Source: Candidatus Hodarchaeota archaeon
GTDB lineage: Archaea; Asgardarchaeota; Heimdallarchaeia; Hodarchaeales; Hodarchaeaceae
DNA: 52,707 bases
NCBI GenBank assembly: GCA_016839785.1
Contig: JAEOTQ010000088.1
Coordinates: 1-52,707, forward strand
Reading direction: 5' to 3'
The notes under the pieces are model-generated. The model had not been told where the DNA came from, made no database searches, and saw only the letters and a program-made list of their open reading frames with translations. Shown one piece after another: positions 18,893-28,680 of the stretch. The translations under genes were made by a program, and so were the position numbers. Within the stretch, counting starts at the first letter, position 1. The number at the start of each line of letters is the position of its first letter.

Positions 18893-21772
18893 ATGAAAAT
18901 TTCGAAGGTAAATCCTAATCGCATTGGACATTATTCAGGAAGTGAAAGATTAGAAGATCCGACATTAGAGGAGCCTGATGAGGATACAGAAGAAGTTGCT
19001 TATTACTGGCATAATAATCCTGAATCTAAAGCTATTTTAAGAGAGGAAATGGGTAATAAACTTGAATCTTGGAACAAAGGTATAATAGATAAGTATCCTA
19101 ATTCTGAAATGTCCTTTCATCTAGTAGGACAATCCCATATTGATATCGCATGGTTATGGAGAATAGAACAAACCCGAAAAAAATCTGTTGTCACATTCAA
19201 AAAAGCTGTATACCATTCTAAACAATTTCCTAAAACGTACTGCTTTGCTCTAAGTGAGCCAATTTTACTTGAGTGGATATTAGAAGATGATCCTGAACTA
19301 TTCAAGGATATACAAAAAACTGTTGAGGATGGAGGTATAGAATTAGTGGGAGGATCATATGTTGAGCCTGATTGTATGATGCCCTGTGGTGAAGCGATTA
19401 CTAGAAGTCGGTTATACGGTCAAAGATTCTTTTTCAAGCATTTCAACCGTCTTCCAAAGGTTGAGTGGTTTTTAGACTCATTTGGATATTCAGCGGGCCT
19501 ACCTCAAATTTTAAAGAAAAGCGGAGCGGAATATATTTGGACAACAAAATTATCTTGGAATTTAGAAACTGTTTTTCCATTTTCCAACTTTTTTTGGGAA
19601 GGTGTTGATCAGACTCGGATTCAAACTGGAATCTTTCCTATGAGCTATGACCCTCTGAAAAATTGGGAAAAATTTGAGATCGGTCATCATCCACTTAAAT
19701 CTAATATCTCCTACTTGGGAAACTATGAAAGAGATTATTACGATCTTGCCCAATGGGTGGAAAAGGATGAGATTATTCCCCCCGTTGGATTATTTTTTGG
19801 TATGAGTGATGGAGGCCACGGGCCTACGTCTGAAGAAGTTGCTCGTGCAAATATGTTAATTGAATTAAGTGATAAATTTCATTGGAGTCGAGTAGAATCA
19901 TTCTTCCAGAAAATAAAGCAATGGGAACAACAATTTCCTATTTGGGCGGATGAATTGTATTTAGAAAATCATAGAGGATGTTTTTCTGTTCATGCGGAGG
20001 TTAAAAAGAAGAATCGGGTGTTTGAAAATCAACTTCTCTCTTCAGAAGCCTTGAGTTCGACGATGTCATTGCTACGGAATGAAAAAAATCAAAAAATCAC
20101 AGAAATTCTCGAAAAGACCTGGAAAACTGTTCTAAAAAATCAATTTCATGATATTCTTCCTGGAACCTCGATACCTGAAGTCTACGATGATATTTATGAG
20201 GATTGGGAAGAATGTTGCCAGAATATTAAGCTCATCAAGGATGAGATTAGCACGAAGATAAATGGCCCTTCAGAAAAATGCCAGTTTGTCATGTGGAATC
20301 CTCTGTCCTGGGAGAGAACGGCAAAAGTATTTATTCCTGTGAATGCAGTAAACAATAATATCAAGTTAGATGATGAAGGACGTCCTCCATTTGCAGAACT
20401 GACATATTTTAATCCATCCGAAAATACTATTTTAGCACAACCTGTCTCAGCAGAACCAAAAGAATGGCTTGACGCACGTCCCGCGGGTTGGTGGACAATT
20501 ATCCAACTTTCAGCCACAAGCCTTACTCCTGCATATATTTCTTTGAATGTAAAGATGAGCTCTAATAAAGAAATACACTCCGAACCATTAGTACTGGATA
20601 ATGACATAGTTAGTATTAAACTTGATTCCAAAACGGGAGGCCTCCTTTCTCTAACAAATTCCTCCATTCTAGAGAGAAAAAATTTGCTGAAGGGATCGAA
20701 TAATAACTTAACACAGGCTTATAAAGATATATCCGAGGATTGGCCTGCTTGGAATCTCACCCCTGAATATTGGAACCATTCACTTGAATTATCAAATTCG
20801 CAAGATGTACAAATTACACTTCGTGATAAGGGGCCAGTTTTTGCATCAATTGAGGTACAGAGAACTTTAGGAAAGCTAAAAAACCCAGTATTGCAACGAT
20901 ACACTCTTTTTAAGGGTCGTTCTGAAATTTATCTTGACTATATTGCTAATTGGAAACAACCTTTAGTCATGCTAAAAGTGGGGATACATACTGCTACTAA
21001 TGCAACACATTGTACGACCGATGTGATGTTCGGGGCCATTGAACAAAGTACAGATCCAAAAACCCCTGCGGATAAAGCACGGTTTGAAAAAATTTGTCAC
21101 AAATTTTATGATCTGAGTACACCCACAAATGAATGGGGAATTGCTACACTAAGTCAAGATAAGTATGCATTTAGTGTCAACAAGGGGTCCAGCTCCCTTA
21201 CAATGTTACGTACCCCACCGTACTTCCCCGCTTCACCAGAAGCATGGGTTCATGAGGAAAGAGCCATACGAAAAGAGAAATACGGAACAGAAGTACCAGA
21301 ATATTCAGGCCTTGGCCCACTTCGAAGTACATACGCTTATCTTCCACACAAGGGAGGTTCACTGCGATTACATAATGAAAAACCGAATCCTCTTGTTCGA
21401 CGAGCTGCAGAAGAGTTTAATCAACCTGTGCAAATATTGACACTGACAACTGTCCAAAACGTAAATAAAATTAAGGTTGATGGACAGCCACTAATTAAAA
21501 TTGAATCGGATTTTGCAATGCTCTCTGCTCTGAAGATGAATGAATGGAAAACAAATGATAATATAATAATCAGAGTAATAGAAATGCTAGGAGTCGGAGG
21601 AAAAGTTGAAATAGAATTAAATCCACTTATTCAAAGTAATATTATCTCTATTCAAGAAGTAGACTTACTTGAAAGACCTATGTCAGAAACACCAATAGAG
21701 AATAAACAAACAGGCTTTGCAATTACCTTAATCCCATTTGAAGCAAAAACTATTGAGTTAGTTATAGATTAA
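18893..21772 (+). CDS. GH38 alpha-mannosidase (cytosolic)
   Basis: GQSHIDIAWLW (Zn ligands), YVEPD, WFLDSFG (nucleophile), DGGHGP, ELYLENHRG, NQFHDILPG; no signal peptide. Confidence 0.93.
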   Translation: MKISKVNPNRIGHYSGSERLEDPTLEEPDEDTEEVAYYWHNNPESKAILREEMGNKLESWNKGIIDKYPNSEMSFHLVGQSHIDIAWLWRIEQTRKKSVVTFKKAVYHSKQFPKTYCFALSEPILLEWILEDDPELFKDIQKTVEDGGIELVGGSYVEPDCMMPCGEAITRSRLYGQRFFFKHFNRLPKVEWFLDSFGYSAGLPQILKKSGAEYIWTTKLSWNLETVFPFSNFFWEGVDQTRIQTGIFPMSYDPLKNWEKFEIGHHPLKSNISYLGNYERDYYDLAQWVEKDEIIPPVGLFFGMSDGGHGPTSEEVARANMLIELSDKFHWSRVESFFQKIKQWEQQFPIWADELYLENHRGCFSVHAEVKKKNRVFENQLLSSEALSSTMSLLRNEKNQKITEILEKTWKTVLKNQFHDILPGTSIPEVYDDIYEDWEECCQNIKLIKDEISTKINGPSEKCQFVMWNPLSWERTAKVFIPVNAVNNNIKLDDEGRPPFAELTYFNPSENTILAQPVSAEPKEWLDARPAGWWTIIQLSATSLTPAYISLNVKMSSNKEIHSEPLVLDNDIVSIKLDSKTGGLLSLTNSSILERKNLLKGSNNNLTQAYKDISEDWPAWNLTPEYWNHSLELSNSQDVQITLRDKGPVFASIEVQRTLGKLKNPVLQRYTLFKGRSEIYLDYIANWKQPLVMLKVGIHTATNATHCTTDVMFGAIEQSTDPKTPADKARFEKICHKFYDLSTPTNEWGIATLSQDKYAFSVNKGSSSLTMLRTPPYFPASPEAWVHEERAIRKEKYGTEVPEYSGLGPLRSTYAYLPHKGGSLRLHNEKPNPLVRRAAEEFNQPVQILTLTTVQNVNKIKVDGQPLIKIESDFAMLSALKMNEWKTNDNIIIRVIEMLGVGGKVEIELNPLIQSNIISIQEVDLLERPMSETPIENKQTGFAITLIPFEAKTIELVID

Positions 21773-21835
21773 GGATTATGATAAACAATGCTCCTTCAAT
21801 TTTTCGAGGGAGTAAGTATCGCGATTGGATTCCTT

Positions 21836-22045
21836 TCATTCTTTAAGGGATATTATGGTTGTTTTTGCTCTTTTATCCTCAGTGACCATCATTTTTTCCT
21901 TTAAAACGTTCAAAGCTTGAAAAAAATATAGATTTGCTAATCTAGACTCTTTCTTGAGGGCCAATAATGTCATAGAATCGTTATTTTTTCTCAAAACATT
22001 GATAATAATGTCTTGATTTTCAGAAAGCGTTTGACCTGTTGCCAT
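21836..22045 (-). CDS. Small winged helix-turn-helix protein
   Basis: LSENQDIIINVL...MTLLAL...ALNVLKEKMMV pattern followed by a beta-wing; GGTGA RBS upstream. Confidence 0.6.
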   Translation of the reverse strand: MATGQTLSENQDIIINVLRKNNDSMTLLALKKESRLANLYFFQALNVLKEKMMVTEDKRAKTTIISLKE

Positions 22046-22078
22046 AACACATTCACCAATTATAAGGTTGATGAAGTC

Positions 22079-22975
22079 CTAGAGTGCTTGCATTAACTTC
22101 GACTTGTCAATAGTGGCAACGCCAATTACTTTATCTGCACCACCATAATATACAAAATACTTGTTTTCCTTTTCTACTACACCGCAGGTGAAACAAACGT
22201 TTGGAACATCTCCATGAATCTCATAATCTTCTTCTGGAATCATAATTGGGTCTTCAATTCTCGAAATTATTTTACTAGGCTCATCTAAATCTAATAACAT
22301 CGCTCCTAGACTATAATGGAGATTCTTATCTACCCCATGATAAAATTCTAACCAACCTTCGTCAGTCTTGATCGGTGGAGCCCCAGCTCCAACTTTGAAA
22401 TCTTGCCAGCTATTCTCAATAGGTGCAAAGAATTTGGTGTGATCAGTCCAATTTTTTAAATCTTTGGAATAAGCTATCCACATGTCAGGTTCAGGAGCAC
22501 GATGCATCAAGACATATCTTCCATTAATTTTTTCAGGAAAGAGGACTCCATCCTTGTCTCTATATTCGTTAATTATAGTTCCATGCCTTTCAAACTTCTT
22601 AAAATCCAGAGTAGATGCGACTCCGATATGAAATTCAACATCCCCTGCAGGAATGAGTGTTTTGACTGCAGTATAGGTAATATAGTATTTATCATCTAAA
22701 AATGTTATGCGTGGATCTTCAATCCCAAATTTCTCATACTCAGCCTCAGGAACCATAATTGGATCTGCAAATTGCTCAAAATTATACCCATCTTTACTCA
22801 GAGCCAGTCCGAATGTTGAGATATATGTGTCATAATTCCCAATGGCACGATAAAGTAAAAGTACTTGTTCATTATATATAGTTGCAGCACAATTGAATAC
22901 TCCTCCTTTTTCCCAATCGTGATTATCATTCGGTACAATAATAGGATTTTTAGAATATCTTGTTAGAGAAACCAT
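22079..22975 (-). CDS. GH130 beta-mannoside phosphorylase
   Basis: FNCAA, EDPRIT, KDGVLFPEKINGRY..MHR, KVGAG, YHGV, GDVPNVCF; the basic phosphate-binding residues (R, K, H) are present. Confidence 0.9.
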   Translation of the reverse strand: MVSLTRYSKNPIIVPNDNHDWEKGGVFNCAATIYNEQVLLLYRAIGNYDTYISTFGLALSKDGYNFEQFADPIMVPEAEYEKFGIEDPRITFLDDKYYITYTAVKTLIPAGDVEFHIGVASTLDFKKFERHGTIINEYRDKDGVLFPEKINGRYVLMHRAPEPDMWIAYSKDLKNWTDHTKFFAPIENSWQDFKVGAGAPPIKTDEGWLEFYHGVDKNLHYSLGAMLLDLDEPSKIISRIEDPIMIPEEDYEIHGDVPNVCFTCGVVEKENKYFVYYGGADKVIGVATIDKSKLMQAL

Positions 22976-23103
22976 AATTTTCTACCTTTTATTTATGAAT
23001 TTGTGATCAAAAAATCAACCAAAGCCAGGATGATATGAAGAGATTAAGTCTTGACCTAAATTAGATAAAAATCTTCATTTTTTTGAGGTATTTCTTGTTA
23101 TTA

Positions 23104-25551
23104 TTAACTTATTCTGTTGTCTGTCCAAGAGCTGAAAAAATTTGAATTTTCTTCTGGTAGGTTCTCAACTTTTACAGTGTAAGACTCATTGGGTAATAAA
23201 TTGAAACAATTATCCTGGGGATGTAGATCCCATGATATTGACACTAAGAATGTGAAAACATTAGAAATGAATGTTATAGTACTCTCATCAGTATTCACTT
23301 GAAATTTAACTTCAGGTTTATCTAATCTGAGATTTACAGGATCAGTAAGAAAGATATAATTCCTGTATTTACCCTTACTAGATTTAAAGTCAAGGACAAT
23401 AATATTATCTTCGATATTACCATTAAATGGAAATTTAATCATTTTGATATTATTAGGTTCAATAAATAGTTCATCATTTATATAATGATTTATTTTTCCA
23501 GGTAATACTATTCTAGAGACACTTAACGTTCCTACTATCGACTTTAAAGTATCATTTACTATAACGATTTTCTTTTCATTCTTATTATATGTAATTAATA
23601 ATGGAGAGTATGCATTTTTCGTGTACCAATATGCAACCTTAGGTATATCATAGTAATCAACTAATGACCAACAGATAGTTGGCCATGGTTCATTAAATTG
23701 CCATATCAATGATCCACTAGTGTTAAACTTTTGTGACCTCCAAAATTCAATAGCAAATTTCATTGCAAATGCTTGAGCTGTCTGTGAAAAAAGAATCCAC
23801 TCATTAATGTCTTTAGGGGTACCAAATTTTTCCATGTTAACATTTATCTTATCTAAAACACAATTATGAAATTTCCATGTTTCATTTGGACTGCTTTGAG
23901 TAGATTCATTAAATATCTTCGAAATAGTGTAATTTGAAGGCAAGCTCTGAATACCAAATTCGGATACAAATTTTGATTTAAATTTTCCATAGTGATCGTA
24001 AGTAGGGGGTTTTAAATTAGGTTGGTTCACCCCATGCCATACTTCCCAATTATGAGAATTCCCTTCATCTTGGGAGTTGGGATCGAACGTGTAGTCATTT
24101 TCAGATGATGGACTCCAAGGGCTAGACCTCCAAAATGGCCGAGATGGGTCTAAGTTTGAACAGAGCCTTCTCTTCAATGAATGTAACTTATCTCCAATTT
24201 TTTTCTCCTTTCTCTCTGCGATTGATATTTTTTGATAGTCAATCCACTCATTTTCATTATTTCCACACCATAAAACTATCGAAGGATGGTTTCTTAACCT
24301 TAAAATTATTTGTTGAATCTCTAATTCAACCAAAGCCAAATAATCTTCTGTTTCAGGATAGATACTACAGGCGAATTGAAAATCATGCCAGATCATTATT
24401 CCTAAACTATCACATAGTTCATAGAAGATGTTTCTTTCAACTACTCCACCGCCCCAAATCCTGAGCATATTGAAATTGGCATTTTTTGCCATATGTAGTA
24501 ATTTTAAGTATTTACCATCCTCGCTGAAATTGAGTAAAGCATCTGTTGGAACCCAATTTGCTCCCTTCGCGAAAATCATTTGATGATTTATCTCAAAGGT
24601 AAATCTATTTTCCTTTCCCTGATTTAATGCTAATTTGACAACTCTGATCCCAAATAGTAACTCTCGATGGACGTTTTCTCTTTTAATTGTAAGTTTTAAG
24701 CGGTACAAAGGTTGTTGTCCATACCCATTTGGCCACCACAGTTTTGGAGAGTCGATTACAAGTTTAGTCTCAAACTTATTATCTCCTTTTCTGATCAAAT
24801 ATGTAGATTCATCACTATAACAAATTTCATTATTATTGGTATCAAATATTTGTACTAAAAAGATGCTTTCTTTCGTCACTTCACTTTTAACTCCCCATTC
24901 TAAAAATTGCAAACATTTTTCTTTTTGGATATCCAAAGTATAAGTGAAGATATCCGAAATTTCAATTATTTCTTTTCTTGCAAGAATAACACTTCCTATA
25001 CCTTTTGTAAGAGACCTGGGGGCGAAATCCCATCCATAATTGTAGGTTGGCTTTCTGAAAATGACTCTTTCATTGAAAGGTTCCTCATACTCTGAGTTTA
25101 GAAATGCTGGAATAGGGGGATAAATAATAACAAAGATTTGATTAACTCCTTTTTTCAAATACTGTGAGGGAAGATCAACATTAATAATCATGTGTGCACA
25201 TTTTGTTTGTTTAATCAGGTGCCCATTAATGTAAATATCACCCACTGTATCGATAAAGTCGAATAATAGGATGTTTCTATCATCACATTGTTCAATGTGT
25301 ACTTCAGACAATAAAACAAGTGACTTATTTTCATATTTTAGGAATTTATTCATGTTCTTCTCATAATACGGATCTAGTCCCTCGCTTCTTACAATATTCG
25401 ATTGTAAAGTTCCTGGAACAATAAATTCAGATAGTTTATAGGGGTAAGAGGAAATTTTGGTTTCTTTTGTCATTAACCTTAAAATATTCTCTTTCTGGGT
25501 TCTATCTATTATGAAATATTGCCAATCTGAAATTTTTGTTCGATTTTGCAT
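23104..25551 (-). CDS. GH2 beta-mannosidase (cytosolic)
   Basis: YGWDFAP, WWPNGYG.QPLY, KGANWVP, NMLRIWGGG, WCGNNE (acid/base), FVSEFG (nucleophile), WQFNEPWP; no signal peptide. Confidence 0.92.
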   Translation of the reverse strand: MQNRTKISDWQYFIIDRTQKENILRLMTKETKISSYPYKLSEFIVPGTLQSNIVRSEGLDPYYEKNMNKFLKYENKSLVLLSEVHIEQCDDRNILLFDFIDTVGDIYINGHLIKQTKCAHMIINVDLPSQYLKKGVNQIFVIIYPPIPAFLNSEYEEPFNERVIFRKPTYNYGWDFAPRSLTKGIGSVILARKEIIEISDIFTYTLDIQKEKCLQFLEWGVKSEVTKESIFLVQIFDTNNNEICYSDESTYLIRKGDNKFETKLVIDSPKLWWPNGYGQQPLYRLKLTIKRENVHRELLFGIRVVKLALNQGKENRFTFEINHQMIFAKGANWVPTDALLNFSEDGKYLKLLHMAKNANFNMLRIWGGGVVERNIFYELCDSLGIMIWHDFQFACSIYPETEDYLALVELEIQQIILRLRNHPSIVLWCGNNENEWIDYQKISIAERKEKKIGDKLHSLKRRLCSNLDPSRPFWRSSPWSPSSENDYTFDPNSQDEGNSHNWEVWHGVNQPNLKPPTYDHYGKFKSKFVSEFGIQSLPSNYTISKIFNESTQSSPNETWKFHNCVLDKINVNMEKFGTPKDINEWILFSQTAQAFAMKFAIEFWRSQKFNTSGSLIWQFNEPWPTICWSLVDYYDIPKVAYWYTKNAYSPLLITYNKNEKKIVIVNDTLKSIVGTLSVSRIVLPGKINHYINDELFIEPNNIKMIKFPFNGNIEDNIIVLDFKSSKGKYRNYIFLTDPVNLRLDKPEVKFQVNTDESTITFISNVFTFLVSISWDLHPQDNCFNLLPNESYTVKVENLPEENSNFFSSWTDNRIS

Positions 25552-25647
25552 AGGAAATTTACAAACTGCTTATTAATTATTAATTTGCTGGTTTGTACAA
25601 TACTAATTGAAGATTATTTTTCGATAATTTCCGTTGAGTGATAATTT

Positions 25648-26112
25648 ATGCCATCATCCAAAAAATCAACTCTCGTAAAAGAAGGTAAATTAGAAAAAAA
25701 AGCTCTTCACGTCACTAAAGAGGAATTTTTTTCATTAAAACCTATTCAAAGCACATTCATAACTATTTTAAAGGAGAAAGATGATCAATTATTGTTGGAA
25801 CTTAACATAACAAAATTTAAGAAAAAATCTTTAAGAAAAAGATTAATCCCATCACCAAATTATAAGAAAATCCAATTAGACAAACTAGGAAAATTTACAT
25901 TCGAATTATGTGATGGTAATAACACAGTTAAACAAATCATTAAAAAATTTCAAGAAACGTTTAAATTAACGTTAACTGAGACAGAAACTGCTGTAACAAA
26001 ATATCTGACAATTCTTAATGCCCGACACTTAATCGGGTGGCAAATTCCTCAAGAGATGATGGAAAAAACAAACTTGAAAGAAAAAAGTGTTGAGGAGATA
26101 TCTCTAGATTAA
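25648..26112 (+). CDS. PqqD-family (RRE-like) protein
   Basis: LDKLGKFTFELCDGNNTVKQII...AVTKYLTILNARHLI matches the PqqD/RRE pattern. Confidence 0.75.
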   Translation: MPSSKKSTLVKEGKLEKKALHVTKEEFFSLKPIQSTFITILKEKDDQLLLELNITKFKKKSLRKRLIPSPNYKKIQLDKLGKFTFELCDGNNTVKQIIKKFQETFKLTLTETETAVTKYLTILNARHLIGWQIPQEMMEKTNLKEKSVEEISLD

Positions 26113-26134
26113 CACGCAGCATTTCCTTTTTATA

Positions 26135-27091
26135 TCAGTTATTAGTGATTGCTAATTTAACTATATTCTCAATTATTTGTTCATTACGCTTTTGAGACTC
26201 GGTTTGACTTTTAAACTTGAATATTAAGCAATATATATCATTTTTTTCTTTATTTTGCCAAAAGAAACCTTGAATATCGGATTTTGGACGCAATGGGAGA
26301 TTTCTCCCTTGCGTATTCCTCCTGAAATGCCAAAAATTTCTTTCGGGTTTACTTGTTATTTTCTTGCTAAATTCATCTTCGCTTGGTTTAAAACCTGAAG
26401 GGATACCAGGGAGAGTTTTGGGATAATAATCTATGAACCACGCTGGTAATTCATCGATAGAAGAAATTTTCTGGTTTGCCAGACCCAATCTATAACAATA
26501 TATATCAAGAGACTTATAGCGAAGCTGAAAAAATGATAAACCAACTAAAAATGCCTGTTTAATTAATTTCATGGATCGTGGGGTAGTAATCGTTAGATTT
26601 GGTCCAACCCATTTACTCTCATAGTCTATCGGATGGCAATTTGCTGTTTCAAGAACCTGCATTATATCAGCTTTAATTTTCTTGGCTTCATCGTTTGAAA
26701 ACTGACTTTGCATGATGATTAGCCTTTTTAATATATCACAGTTCCAAACTACAATATAACCGTGTAGTGTCATATCTTCAGTAGCCCAATATAGCGTTTT
26801 TCCCTTATGATCAGAAATTTCAATAACCTTTTCCGTACGTTTCTTGATTTTCTTTTGTTTCTTCATAATAGTCTCGAAATAATCACTGATAACCACATCT
26901 AAATCAGGAATCTTTCCTTTCTCAACTTCCACCCATCGAAATTCCAGAATTTTTTTCTTTGTAGTGCGAAAACCAAAATAACCAGTTATTTCTTTACCTT
27001 TCTTCTTAGGTGTTTTTGTTGCAAACACAATTTCCCATTCATCAGGAACGTTTAAGACTATATCCTGCCAACCGATGGTTTTAAAGTCCAT
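26135..27091 (-). CDS. Hypothetical soluble protein, possibly two tandem PsbP/DcrB-like domains
   Basis: Long ORF without TM segments; LNVPDEW at the N-terminus and a similar ITTPRSM about 160 aa later. Confidence 0.55.
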   Translation of the reverse strand: MDFKTIGWQDIVLNVPDEWEIVFATKTPKKKGKEITGYFGFRTTKKKILEFRWVEVEKGKIPDLDVVISDYFETIMKKQKKIKKRTEKVIEISDHKGKTLYWATEDMTLHGYIVVWNCDILKRLIIMQSQFSNDEAKKIKADIMQVLETANCHPIDYESKWVGPNLTITTPRSMKLIKQAFLVGLSFFQLRYKSLDIYCYRLGLANQKISSIDELPAWFIDYYPKTLPGIPSGFKPSEDEFSKKITSKPERNFWHFRRNTQGRNLPLRPKSDIQGFFWQNKEKNDIYCLIFKFKSQTESQKRNEQIIENIVKLAITNN

Positions 27092-27162
27092 ATTAAGATC
27101 CAGTCCTAGAAAGACTTTGAGGATAGCTAACTATCGGATGTTGAAAATGAGGTTTATTAGGA

Positions 27163-28209
27163 TTGTTAAATAACGTTGCTCTATTTGTAGAGCCAAAAAA
27201 TATTAGCCTTCAAACGATTGATATCCCCGAGATTAAAGAAACAGATATTCTGGTAAAAACAGCATATTGTGGCCTCTGTGGAACGGATATTCACCTATTT
27301 GATGGAAACATACCATTTGTAAATTATCCAATAGTACCTGGTCATGAATTTTCAGGGGAGATAATTAAAATTGGTTCTAAGGTAAGAAACGATCTACAAA
27401 TTGGTGACAGAGTAGCAGTCGATCCGAATTTGTCCTGTAAAGACTTTCAGAAGAAGAAGTGTTACTATTGTATGAAGGATCGAAAACATTTCTGTCTTGC
27501 ATGGGAAGCAATAGGCGTTACTCTAAATGGTGCTTTCGCTGAATATGTTATTTGTCCGAGTACCGTGGCATTTAAAATTCCCGAAAATGTCTCTTTAAGG
27601 GCGGCTGCGTTCATGGAACCGCTTGCCTGCTGCTTACATGGATTAAACAAGTTAGAAATAACACAGTCAGATGTTGTCTTTATTATCGGAGGAGGACCAA
27701 TTGGTTTATTGATGCTCTCAATTCTAAAAGGAACGACTTCTTGTAAGACTATTGTAAGTGAGCCCATTAATTCACGAAGAAACCTAGCAAAAAAACTTGG
27801 AGCAGATGTAATAATTAACCCATTAAATGATGAAGTATTCCCAATTCTTAAATCCGAGACCTTTGATGCAGGAGTAGATATTGCTATAGAATGTGTAGGA
27901 TCAATAGTAACTGCCAAGCAAGCACTTGATAGTCTCAATAAAGGAGGAAAAGCTTTAGTCTTCGGAGTTGCTGATCCTTTGTCAACTATAAATTTGGATA
28001 TTCACAGACTATATTCAAACGAAATTTCAATTTTTGGGAGTTTTACCAACCCTAAAACAAATATGAAAGCTTTGGACTTGCTTTCTAAAGAAATACTAAC
28101 CCCTATTCCATTGATTTCTCACGAAATCCAAACTAATAAAATTGAGGAGACAATCTCTCTCGTAAAAAGTCATGCAGATAATATGAATAAGATTTTAATA
28201 AAACCATAA
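27163..28209 (+). CDS. Zn-dependent MDR alcohol/polyol dehydrogenase (sorbitol/iditol-DH-like)
   Basis: CGLCGTDIH, GHEFSG, four structural-Zn cysteines, EPLACCLHG, IGGGPIG. Confidence 0.9.
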   Translation: MLNNVALFVEPKNISLQTIDIPEIKETDILVKTAYCGLCGTDIHLFDGNIPFVNYPIVPGHEFSGEIIKIGSKVRNDLQIGDRVAVDPNLSCKDFQKKKCYYCMKDRKHFCLAWEAIGVTLNGAFAEYVICPSTVAFKIPENVSLRAAAFMEPLACCLHGLNKLEITQSDVVFIIGGGPIGLLMLSILKGTTSCKTIVSEPINSRRNLAKKLGADVIINPLNDEVFPILKSETFDAGVDIAIECVGSIVTAKQALDSLNKGGKALVFGVADPLSTINLDIHRLYSNEISIFGSFTNPKTNMKALDLLSKEILTPIPLISHEIQTNKIEETISLVKSHADNMNKILIKP

Positions 28210-28302
28210 AATGTTCATTTGAATTGAGATACTCCAAAAGTAAATTAACCCATCTATCTAGTTGAAATCAAACTTCTTGAATAATTCAAGGAAACATGAA
28301 AT

Positions 28303-28680
28303 ATGTCTGAAAACACCATTCAATGTCCCTGTGGCCAACCTATTCATGATTACACGGATTACTTACTCTTGTATTTGAAAAAAGACTCAGATGAAGGAGG
28401 CGAGATTGATATTCTTTGTAGAAACGATTATTGTTACTTAAGAGAGTTAGGCTACTTGAAATTTACCATTGATAAAGCTAGGAAGGTTACATTAGAAAAA
28501 GGTAAATTCTATGCGCCATATGTAACATGGAATGCAACAAGGATGTCAGAAGCTCGTACAGTAGAAATCCTTAAAATACATCTAGTAGACATTACAGAGA
28601 AGCTCGTGCAATGGGAGAAGGTCATAAGGGGAATTGATAAAGAAAAGAAAGCATTAAGTTCTGAGGAGGCAACTGCGTGA
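28303..28680 (+). CDS. Small Cys-rich (CPCG...CxxxxC) putative Zn-binding protein
   Basis: Four cysteines; its stop overlaps the next start (GTGA, 28677-28680). Confidence 0.65.
   Translation: MSENTIQCPCGQPIHDYTDYLLLYLKKDSDEGGEIDILCRNDYCYLRELGYLKFTIDKARKVTLEKGKFYAPYVTWNATRMSEARTVEILKIHLVDITEKLVQWEKVIRGIDKEKKALSSEEATA

Noticed and set aside
25648-26112. PQQ or RiPP biosynthetic cluster
   Set aside because: No pqqABCE, radical SAM enzyme, cyclase or convincing precursor peptide in the window.
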